In this document: one piece after another, positions 40,843 through 49,212 of the stretch
Numbering within the stretch: position 1 is the stretch's first letter
Layout: each line of letters opens with the position of its first letter
From: a candidate division WOR-3 bacterium
Lineage (GTDB): Bacteria; Hydrothermota; Tepidihabitantia; SM23-42
Direction: 5' to 3'
DNA length: 64,000 nt
Assembly (NCBI GenBank): GCA_029858255.1
Contig: JAOUFJ010000002.1
Span: 138,637-202,636 of the forward strand
The notes under the pieces: generated by a model
Seen by the model: only the letters and a program-made list of their open reading frames with translations
What the model was told of the DNA's origin: nothing
The model's database searches: none
Program-made: the position numbers and the translations under genes

Positions 40843-41913
40843 CGTTCGGGCAATATTGATCGCTGTTTTCTTTTTCCCGATACGCCGCAGATTCACGCGC
40901 ATTTGGTCCATCTGCTGCTTATCAGCCAACAACTCTCCCATGACCTGACTGGCATTTTCTTTATCTATCACACGCGCGGCGCCGTGCTTTACAAAGAAAT
41001 CTTCGTTCTTGTCCTCAAGCCCGGCGATCGAGTTGGCAAATAGAAGTACTGGTGCTGCCTGGGAAGCTTCAGTGCTCGTGATACCACCGGCCTTGGTTAT
41101 CAAGATATCAGTCGTCCCGATCAAATCATATATACGTTCGACCATACCCAGAACCTTTAAATTTGATTTGCTCTTCAGTTTACTAATCTTGTCAGCGACT
41201 TCCTTGTTATCACCACACAATACCAGTAGATCGTAATCGAAATCTACCAGTTCACGCGTTACTTCGAACCATTCGCCGCCAAACACGCGACTGCCCATTA
41301 TTGTTGCCGAAATCCTATCGCGGGAGAGGCCGAATCTCTTACGCGCAGCATTCTTGTCGATCCCGGCTTCAAGCTCAAGGCCGATTGGGATGCCATAAGG
41401 AAACACCTGTTCTCTCCCGGCACCGTATGCTACGATTTGATCAACCAGATTTTCATGAGGGATAAAGTAGTGGTCCATTTCTTTGTTCACCCAATGAGGA
41501 TGAACGTAATAATCAGTAACTACAATACCCATTCTGTATCCAAAATCCTTCTTGAAAAGAGCCGAAAAATAGCCCGGCGAGAAATGCGTGGACAGTACAT
41601 AATCCGGTTGATATTCTTTGAGCAATAAAGAGAACCTGCCGGCCAGGATTTTGTGGTAGTCGTACATGAATTGTGAAGAACCAGACTCTACCCCCACCCC
41701 CCCGTAAAAGAATTTTATCAAACCTAGTGCATTCTTCTGCGCAAAATCATATATCTTCTTGTATGCTTTTCCGTAAAGGGGGTACACCCAATCAAAGCAA
41801 TTTTCAAACCTTATTGTAGTGTGTGGGGCGATCTCTTGAAGTGCCTGCATTATTGCCTTTGCCGCCTTCATGTGACCAGCCCCGATTGGAACTGCCAAGA
41901 CCAATACCTTCAT
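40816..41913 (-). CDS. GT28/MGDG-synthase-like glycosyltransferase (MurG/UgtP-like diacylglycerol glycosyltransferase family). Its last 8 codons lie inside the right inverted repeat of the transposase element.
   Basis: 'MKVLVLAVPIGAGHMKAAKAI' N-terminal G-loop. MGDG-synthase-like layout. Confidence 0.6.
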   Translation of the reverse strand: MKVLVLAVPIGAGHMKAAKAIMQALQEIAPHTTIRFENCFDWVYPLYGKAYKKIYDFAQKNALGLIKFFYGGVGVESGSSQFMYDYHKILAGRFSLLLKEYQPDYVLSTHFSPGYFSALFKKDFGYRMGIVVTDYYVHPHWVNKEMDHYFIPHENLVDQIVAYGAGREQVFPYGIPIGLELEAGIDKNAARKRFGLSRDRISATIMGSRVFGGEWFEVTRELVDFDYDLLVLCGDNKEVADKISKLKSKSNLKVLGMVERIYDLIGTTDILITKAGGITSTEASQAAPVLLFANSIAGLEDKNEDFFVKHGAARVIDKENASQVMGELLADKQQMDQMRVNLRRIGKKKTAINIARTIIGTGYFF

Positions 41914-41975
41914 ACAGATCCCATTATATTCAAACGCCTTGACTTTGCAAGTGTGATATTTATACTAGCCATGAG

Positions 41976-42386
41976 GTGCTTATGAAAAAAGTTCTGTTGT
42001 TTGCAATCATTCTAATATCCATCGTCGTCATAGGCTGCACAGAAGAAGAAGAAATTCCGTTCATTTGTCATCTGTACGGCTATATACGAGACAATGATAC
42101 ACAACTGGGCGTTGACGGCATGATAATCCAGATAGTCGAGCTGATCAATCCGTACGATATAAACAGCAATAGAATTCGTTACGACACAACAATGACGCAG
42201 GATTCAATCCCTGGTTTCTTTGAAATGGACAGCGTATGCTACGGTACAAACAAGAGACAGGGAACGGGCATGGTTATCATCGGAATTGACAGCACACTGA
42301 ATCCTGGCTGGTTACAAGGTAGCTATCCGATCGATGTTACAGGTTCAGTAGATACTGTGTATGTATATATCCTGCGTGCGAACTAG
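41976..42386 (+). CDS. Small lipoprotein
   Basis: 'LLFAIILISIVVIGC' signal/lipobox. Confidence 0.4.
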   Translation: MLMKKVLLFAIILISIVVIGCTEEEEIPFICHLYGYIRDNDTQLGVDGMIIQIVELINPYDINSNRIRYDTTMTQDSIPGFFEMDSVCYGTNKRQGTGMVIIGIDSTLNPGWLQGSYPIDVTGSVDTVYVYILRAN

Positions 42387-43577
42387 ATGGAGAAAAAAAA
42401 TAACCAGAGAATAAGATGGCTCGGTAAGAACATCCTGTCTCTCGGTCTGGTTAGCTTATTCACTGACCTCTCGACCGAGATGGCCTACCCCATTATCCCG
42501 GTATTCTTGAAAGAAGTACTTAAGGTTCAACCTTTGTTCATAGGTCTGATCGAAGCGATCGCTGAGTCAACCGCAAGCATTCTCAAAACCTTCTCGGGTT
42601 ACATATCAGACCGCCTCAAAAAGAGGAAGTTGTTCATCATAATCGGCTATAGTCTATCTGCTTTAGTGAAACCACTGCTCGCCTTTGCTATTCAGGGATG
42701 GCATGTCCTCATGCTCCGTTTCTCTGATCGGGTGGGCAAAGGTATCAGAACTGCACCACGCGATGCCCTGATCGCCGATTCTTCGAAGGATGCATATTTC
42801 GGACGCACATACGGGTTCCACCGAACACTGGATACCCTCGGTGCAATGCTCGGCCCATTGACTGCATTCATAGTTCTTGCACTATCAGGAGATAACTACA
42901 GGCTGCTATTCGGTCTTGCGATCGTGCCAGGAATCGTAGCCATCGCTATCATCCTTCTTGGCGTTCGTGAAATAGTACCGGAAGCAAAGCGGGTATTCAA
43001 ATTTTCCCTGAGGCAGATAGATTCACGCCTGAAGGTATTCCTGATAATTATGGTGATTTTCACTCTCGGCAACTCCTCCGATGCATTTCTATTATTGAGA
43101 GCAAGAAATATTGGAGTATCCGCAACGATGATACCGCTGGTCTGGCTTGCATTCAATGTCTCGTACTTCCTATGGGCTTTTCCGGCAGGCGTGCTGTCAG
43201 ACCGTATTGGCCGGCGCAAAACGATCTTCCTGGGTTTCATCATTTTTTCAATCTGCTACAGCGCATTCTCTTTCAATCACAGCCCCGTAGTTATCTGGTT
43301 CATATTCATAATCTACGGTTTGTATTATGGATTCACCGAGGGAAACTTGCGTGCATACGTTGCCGATCTGACCACATCAGAAATACGCGCAACAGCGTTC
43401 GGAGTATACCACACTGTTGTAGGTATAACACTGCTTCCTGCCAATCTGCTGATGGGTTATTTGTGGCAGAAATTTGGTTTTCAGACAGCCCTTTTGCTCG
43501 GTGCTTCCTTATCTCTGATCTCAGGGATCGCGCTCATCCTTTCGGGAAGATGTCCGGCGAAGGGAATAAATTTGTAA
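42387..43577 (+). CDS. MFS transporter
   Basis: 12-TM layout. 'DRIGRRK' loop motif. Confidence 0.75.
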   Translation: MEKKNNQRIRWLGKNILSLGLVSLFTDLSTEMAYPIIPVFLKEVLKVQPLFIGLIEAIAESTASILKTFSGYISDRLKKRKLFIIIGYSLSALVKPLLAFAIQGWHVLMLRFSDRVGKGIRTAPRDALIADSSKDAYFGRTYGFHRTLDTLGAMLGPLTAFIVLALSGDNYRLLFGLAIVPGIVAIAIILLGVREIVPEAKRVFKFSLRQIDSRLKVFLIIMVIFTLGNSSDAFLLLRARNIGVSATMIPLVWLAFNVSYFLWAFPAGVLSDRIGRRKTIFLGFIIFSICYSAFSFNHSPVVIWFIFIIYGLYYGFTEGNLRAYVADLTTSEIRATAFGVYHTVVGITLLPANLLMGYLWQKFGFQTALLLGASLSLISGIALILSGRCPAKGINL

Positions 43578-43653
43578 ATGAATAATAAGAGGCCGTCTCA
43601 ATATTGGCACAATATCGGGTTCGGCTATCATCGACCAGAAAAGGAGGTTCGAT

Positions 43654-45468
43654 ATGAAAAAAATACTTATTTTGTGCCTGCTGTTGACTGCAGTAGCATA
43701 TAGCAGTCAACGAACGGTTGTAGTCGAGGAATTCACGGCTACGACGTGACCATACTGTCCAGGTACGGCAAGAGGTCTTGCCGAAATATATCCCCGTGCT
43801 TATGATACATTGACGGTAATATCGTACCATGTATGGTCCAGTGACCCGTTCAACACTGCTGAAGCCGAAGCGCGTGAAGCTTACTATGGTATATCCGGAA
43901 CACCTACTACTTGGTTCGATGGGGCAATATCCGAGGTCGGCGGGCTAAACACGGGCACCATGTACCCGTTTTTCCGGCATCACGTGACAACACGCGCAGC
44001 AGTCGATAGTCCGTTGGAGATTACACTGACCTGTGATTACGATTCAACAACGAACCAGGGAAATATCGAAGCAACAGTAACCAACACCACTGGAAGTCCG
44101 GTGAGCGGAAACATACACTTTGCCCTTGTCGAGGACAATATTCCCTACAATTGGGGTGGCGGGATGACCGAACTCGATCAGGTAATGCGCGATATGATCC
44201 CCGATGCAACAGGTGAAGCGGTCACAGTACCAGCCTCGGATACGATCATGCGCTCGAGGGATTTCACCGTCCAGGCGAGCTGGAACGAAGTCAATTGTCG
44301 CATCATCGTCTTTGTCCAGGCGTCGAACCGTCTGATATACCAGGGAGCTGAGATATCCATCATCCCTGAATCTCAGATGGTGTACTATGGCATGACCGTG
44401 ACAGAGCTTACAGGTAATGGTAACGGTTACGGAGAACCAGGCGAAGAGATCGAAGTCACAGCCCATGCCAAGAACATGGGAAGCAGTGTGTACACGCTTC
44501 CGGTTACGGTGGAATGTACCGACCCGAATATCACCGTCACTTCCTCCTACGTCGACACTTTTGAAATAGAGCCGGGTGATGTGGACAATGTCATAACATG
44601 GACTTTTGATATCAGTGCGGCTTGTCCTGATCCGCACCTTGCAGAATTCAATCTTGTCTTCGGTGATGGAAACGAGTCAACGGTGCCTTATCTAGTGACA
44701 ACACAATCAGGATTCAGCGACGACATGGAGTCTGGCGAAGGAGAATGGACACACTCGGGGACTTACGACAATTGGCACCTGACCGAGCACAAGAGCAATT
44801 CTCCAACACATTCCTGGTACTGTGGCGTAGAGAACATCTGGCACTATCTGAACCAAAATGATCTTTCACTCGTGTCCCCATATTTCATTGTATCACAGGA
44901 TAGCATATTATCCTTTTATCACCAATACAACTTAGAAACGAACTGGGATTATACGTACGCGGAGATCGAGAACGGTTCGGGTTGGTGGCAGACCCTCGAC
45001 GAATACAACGGTCTTCAATCGACATGGTCACAGGAAGCGTTTTCTCTTGCCAGTTTACAAGGCCAGACCGTACGCGTGCGATTCAGACTCGTCAGTGATT
45101 ACAGCACCTACGCTGAAGGCTGGTACATTGATGATGTCTGGGTGTCCATGACAGGAATAAACGATCTGAACACTCCGGAGGAACTTAACGCCATTTCCCT
45201 GAGCGTATCTCCTACCCTATTCTCCAGGCAAACGACCATCAGCTTCGGCATCGAACAGAGCGCAGGACAGATAGCGCTCAAGATATACGACGCTGCAGGA
45301 CGCCTGGTAAAAGATTTTTCTTACACTATACCCAATGCCCCATGCGCTATGCAGATTAGTTGGGATGGTACAGACCAAACTAATCGAAAATTACCAAGTG
45401 GTGTCTATTTCATATCCATGCAAGACTCCAATAGCAAAATCGTCGAGAAAGCGGTCCTTCTGAAATAG
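43654..45468 (+). CDS. Exported thioredoxin-fold SELENOPROTEIN with T9SS C-terminal sorting domain. In-frame TGA (43747-43749) read as Sec in a 'T-U-P-Y-C-P' redox motif. Signal peptide at the N-terminus.
   Basis: ATG 43654 'MKKILILCLLLTAVAYSSQ', then 'RTVVVEEFTATT[TGA]PYCPG...YYGISGTPTTWFDG' (Trx beta1, then CxxC position, then cis-Pro loop). Same frame as ORF 43810..45468, which ends in a T9SS CTD ('ALKIYDAAGRLV...GVYFISMQD'). Confidence 0.7.
43766..43783 (+). promoter_or_regulatory. SECIS-like hairpin 17 nt downstream of the UGA of the Trx-like selenoprotein
   Basis: ACGGCAAG-AGGT-CTTGCCG. Loop contains G-U, about 24-27 nt from the UGA. Confidence 0.55.
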
Positions 45469-45486
45469 CATCTCCAAAAAACACAA

Positions 45487-45518
45487 GGGCAGCACGTTTC
45501 AGCGTGCTGCCCTTTTTT
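45487..45518 (+). terminator. Rho-independent terminator after the T9SS selenoprotein gene
   Basis: GGGCAGCACG-tttcag-CGTGCTGCCC followed by TTTTTT. Confidence 0.75.
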
Positions 45519-45564
45519 CGTCTGTATCAGTTGACACTTAGCCGCCAATGACTATAATAAAACC

Positions 45565-46599
45565 ATGACTGAAAGCAAGAAGAAAGGCATACTTGCCACG
45601 GTCAAATGCGCGGGCTGAGCTTCGAAACTCTCAGCTGCGCAGTTGGCGCAGGCACTAGCATATTTGCCATCGGTTGAGGATCCTGACCTGCTGGTTGGTA
45701 CGAATACCGCAGACGACGCAGGTGTCTACCGTCTGAACGACGAGCTTGCATTGGTTAAAACGATCGACATTCTCACACCCGTCGTCGAGGACGCGCACAC
45801 TTTCGGCATGATCGCTGCAGCGAACTGCATATCGGACATCTACGCAATGGGCGGTGATCCCAAGTTGGCGCTCAACATCGTTGGGTATCCGGGCATGGGT
45901 GACCCCAAAATCCTCGGTGAAATGCTAAAAGGCGGCAATGACAAGGCGCGGGAAGCCAGCGTCACGACCATCGGCGGTCACACCTTTGCCTCGCCCGAAG
46001 TTATGTATGGTCTTTCAGTTTTAGGCTATATCCATCCCCTGAAAATAATCACGAATGCAGGGGCAAAAACTGACGATGTAATTATCCTGACGAAACCAGT
46101 TGGCGTTGGCACCATAATCCAGGCAATGCTTTTGGATAAAGATGAGGGTATAGACATGAAATCCGTTATAGATTCAATGACCACATTGAATCGAGATGCG
46201 TCAATTGCTATGCGCGCGGCCGGTGCGCACGGTGCGACCGACGTCACGGGATACGGTCTTATCGGTCACCTCGTTGAAATGAGCGAAGCGAGCAAATCAG
46301 GTATCGAAATTTCGCTGCAAAAAATACCAGTACACAAAGGGGCCGTGGAAATTCTGGATCGAGGCATCTTCGAACCAGGTATCACGATGAATCTGAATTC
46401 TTTCAGCAACCGCGTGGATAAGGGCGATAGTGATTCAAATCTTGTCAATTTGATCTTCGGCTCGGAGACTTCTGGCGGGTTGATCATTGCCCTGCCTGAA
46501 GAACGGCTCGAAGTATTCAAACAAAACTACAAAAAAGATTTTGCTGTCATTGGCCGCGTGACAAAGGAAAACGCCGGCCGGGTGACACTGATCCCGTAA
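45565..46599 (+). CDS. selD: Selenide, water dikinase (selenophosphate synthetase), Sec-containing form. In-frame TGA at 45616-45618.
   Basis: ATG 45565 gives 'MTESKKKGILATVKCAG[U]ASKLS...LLVGTNTADDAGVY...AAANCISDIYAMGGDP...DVTGYGLIGHL'. The TGA aligns with Cys17/Sec of SelD 'GAGCGCK'. The ORF-track TTG start at 45643 lies downstream of the catalytic residue. Confidence 0.85.
45619..45651 (+). promoter_or_regulatory. SECIS-like stem-loops immediately 3' of the selD UGA
   Basis: GCTGAG-cttcgaaact-CTCAGC (45614-45635), then CTGCGC-AGTTG-GCGCAG (45635-45651). Loop with G-U about 23-27 nt from the UGA. Confidence 0.55.
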
Positions 46600-46754
46600 C
46601 GACGCGAACCTAATTTCCCAAAAATTTGCCATCGCAGGACTAGAAAGAAATTTCGAATCCGTCACACAGGTCGTAACTCGTATTCGTAATTCGTATTCGT
46701 GAATGTCAAAATAGAGAAGAGTAGTAATGTAAGTTTCGTTGTCCACTGTTTCGG

Positions 46755-46815
46755 TCATTAGAATTTTGGTATTGGTTATTGTTTAGCATTTCGTGCTTCG
46801 AATTTAGAATTTGGC
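46755..46815. repeat. Family B repeat, copy 3 (more diverged), downstream of selD
   Basis: '...TTGTTTAGCATTTCGTGCTTCGAATTTAGAATTTGG'. Confidence 0.45.
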
Positions 46816-46905
46816 GAGCAGACCACATTAATTGGCTGGAGCAATCAGCTGCAGATTGTCCTTGACACATTCATAATCCGGGCTATAGTTAGACAGGAGG
46901 TGGTT

Positions 46906-47145
46906 ATGCCAAAATATCTAATTACCCTTCCAAAAATGCCCAAAGAGCAAATAATCACATCTTGAAAGGCGGTTGTTACCGCTTCCGGAGGAAGCAAAAT
47001 CTGCATGGACAAAGCTTATATAGACGAAGAAAACAGTCAGGCGATCTGCTGTTGGAGTGCTCCTGACCGCAAAAGCCTCGAAGAATTATTCGCCAAGGCG
47101 AATGTGCACGTGGAATCAATAAGGAGCGTCACCGAATACAAATAA
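46906..47145 (+). CDS. Candidate small selenoprotein (79 codons, DUF4242-like C-terminal half), in-frame TGA at 46963-46965
   Basis: GGAGG RBS 5 nt before ATG. 'MPKYLITLPKMPKEQIITS[TGA]KAVVTASGGSKICMDKAYIDEENSQAICCWSAPDRKSLEELFAKANVHVESIRSVTEYK'. Hairpin AGGCGGT-TGTT-ACCGCTT just after the TGA. A terminator follows. Confidence 0.4.
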
Positions 47146-47166
47146 TATCCGCTTTGAGTCAATATT

Positions 47167-47196
47167 AAGGGGCGGCGCAAGCCGCCCCTTCTGTTC
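47167..47196 (+). terminator. Rho-independent terminator
   Basis: GGGGCGGC-GCAA-GCCGCCCC followed by TTCTGTT. Confidence 0.7.
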
Positions 47197-47633
47197 CATC
47201 CGACCCCTGACACCCTTTCCTACACAGTACCCCCGTGCAGTCTGTGTAAATCGAACCTGAACGCACAAAAAAATAGACCATTGACATCATTTCTCAATTG
47301 AGTATTCTCTATAGGATGAATTTGCATGTTCTGTACCACAACGGAGGAAAGATATGAAGTGCATCTTATCGCAACCCGGTCGGGTGCGAAATCATATCAA
47401 CCTCTATTTCATCAGAATAACCCCTTCAAAAACACAGTCACATAAATCAATGAATTTCTGCCTTTGTGGAGATGTTCATTCTTATGGTGGTAGAAAGTGA
47501 CTCTGCACAACCGAGGGCTCGGTCGAGTCCATTCACAACCACCCCACAAGAATCATCTAACAAATCCGTCAAAAACTGCACGCTGCTTAACAGCAGCCAT
47601 ACAAAATTATGATCAACAAAAGGAGGTTCGGTA

Positions 47634-47930
47634 ATGGCAAATAAATGGGATACGGTCGTAGGCACCACAGAGTACGCTGAAAATCTCGCGAGGATCAATA
47701 AAATAGCACAGGACAATGGGTACGTACTCAATCCCGATGAAGATAGACTCCGAAAAGTAATCGGCCTCATGACTATGAATAACACTGAATTCGGTAAATA
47801 TTATTGTCCATGTAAGCAAAACCACCCGCTGAATCCCCACAAGGATACCCCTTGTCCCTGTCCTGAAATGAAGAATGAGATCTTCAAAGACGGGCATTGT
47901 TTTTGCAGACTATTTTACAGAAGAACGTAG
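47634..47930 (+). CDS. Ferredoxin:thioredoxin-reductase catalytic-subunit-like protein (FTR-like CPC...CPC...CHC protein)
   Basis: 'YYCPCKQNHPLNPHKDTPCPCPEMKNEIFKDGHCFCRLF'. Strong RBS AAAGGAGG. Confidence 0.6.
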   Translation: MANKWDTVVGTTEYAENLARINKIAQDNGYVLNPDEDRLRKVIGLMTMNNTEFGKYYCPCKQNHPLNPHKDTPCPCPEMKNEIFKDGHCFCRLFYRRT

Positions 47931-47940
47931 GAGAAAGAAA

Positions 47941-49200
47941 ATGAACAATCATGAGCAAATGTGGAAGGAATTAGGTCTTGATGTCGAACTACACAAGGAA
48001 TTGCTCAGATCAATCGACAATACTTTCCAACAAACGGTCGGGAAGCAAAACGAACGCCCTGCTTCCATGGCATACTTCGATCATGTCCTACACGAGTCAC
48101 ACGGCGGCCGAGTTGCTGAACTCATCGAAGCCAGAAAAACAGGTAAAAAATTCATCGGCACATTCTGTATCTATGTACCCGACGAGATCGCCATGGCTGC
48201 TGATGCGATCCCAGTGGCGCTTTGCGGCGGAACACAATTCTCTATCCCGTATGGTGAGAAGATGTTTCCTAGGAACATTTGCCCGCTGATCAAATCAACA
48301 TTTGGACTCGCCCTCTCGAAAACCTGCCCCTACGGTCCGATCAAAGACCTGGGCGTTGGCGAAACTACATGCGATGCAAAAAAGAAGGCCTGGGATGTGG
48401 TAAATTTCCACGTTATGGAAGTCCCCCAGAAGAAGACCGATCTGGATTTCAAATTATGGTATCAGGCCGTTTTGGATTTTAAGAACAGGGTTGAAGAACT
48501 CACGGGGAAGAAGGTGGAAGCAAACAGATTGGCTGAAACAATAAATATCATGAATGACAAACGACGCGCGCTTCAGAAATTGAACGAGTATCGCAAATTG
48601 GACCCGCCGACTATCAGCGGTCTCGATGCGCTTGTCGTCATGCAGGCTGCACTCAACGACGATCCTGCCCGGTTCACTGAACATCTTATAGAACTCAACA
48701 ATGAACTCGATGACCGTGTGCACCGGAGTATTTCGCCATTCAGTAAAGGCGTCAAGCGTATTATGATATCAGGTTGTCCTTCTGTCATGGGTAACTGGAA
48801 AGTGCACTCACTGATAGAAAAATCAGGCGCTGCAATTGTTGTGGACGAAACGTGCACCGGGACGCGCTATTTCAACGATCTGGTCGAAGACGGAGCCCAC
48901 GAAATAGATAAACAACTCCGTGCGTTGGCCGACCGTTACATGAAGATAGATTGCGCCTGCTTCTCTCCGAACAACGAGCGTATGAAGTCGATCGAGAGAA
49001 TTGTCGATGACCGCACCGTCGACGGCGTCGTACAATATATTCTTCAATACTGTCACGGTTACAATGTTGAAGCAATAAGGGTCGCCGGCATTCTGAGCAA
49101 GAAAAGCATCCCCAATATCAAAATCGAAACCGATTACGCTGAAGAAGACATGGGACAACTCCGCACGCGTATCGACGCTTTTCTCGAGCAACTAAGTTAA
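47941..49200 (+). CDS. 2-hydroxyacyl-CoA dehydratase / benzoyl-CoA reductase BcrBC-like (HgdAB family, double-cubane-type) protein. Start moved to ATG 47941 after the FTR-like stop.
   Basis: Family-typical C-terminus '...GQLRTRIDAFLEQL'. Cys-rich N-terminal part. Confidence 0.65.
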   Translation: MNNHEQMWKELGLDVELHKELLRSIDNTFQQTVGKQNERPASMAYFDHVLHESHGGRVAELIEARKTGKKFIGTFCIYVPDEIAMAADAIPVALCGGTQFSIPYGEKMFPRNICPLIKSTFGLALSKTCPYGPIKDLGVGETTCDAKKKAWDVVNFHVMEVPQKKTDLDFKLWYQAVLDFKNRVEELTGKKVEANRLAETINIMNDKRRALQKLNEYRKLDPPTISGLDALVVMQAALNDDPARFTEHLIELNNELDDRVHRSISPFSKGVKRIMISGCPSVMGNWKVHSLIEKSGAAIVVDETCTGTRYFNDLVEDGAHEIDKQLRALADRYMKIDCACFSPNNERMKSIERIVDDRTVDGVVQYILQYCHGYNVEAIRVAGILSKKSIPNIKIETDYAEEDMGQLRTRIDAFLEQLS

Positions 49201-49212
49201 GGAGGAACAATA

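Noticed and set aside
44044-44637. ORF 44044..44637(-), 197 aa
   Set aside because: Antisense within the T9SS selenoprotein coding region.
43810-45468. ORF-track start for the T9SS protein at 43810
   Set aside because: The upstream in-frame sequence encodes a signal peptide and a Trx-fold active-site region interrupted only by TGA. A lone 552-aa protein would lack any signal peptide despite its T9SS CTD.
45643-46599. ORF-track start (TTG 45643) for SelD
   Set aside because: It would remove the catalytic N-terminal loop. The upstream frame is open through a TGA at the exact Cys/Sec position back to ATG 45565.
47193-47633. Cobalamin riboswitch upstream of the corrinoid operon
   Set aside because: I looked for the B12 box (GCCACUG-like core) and did not find it. 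The region is only reported as an unclassified structured leader.
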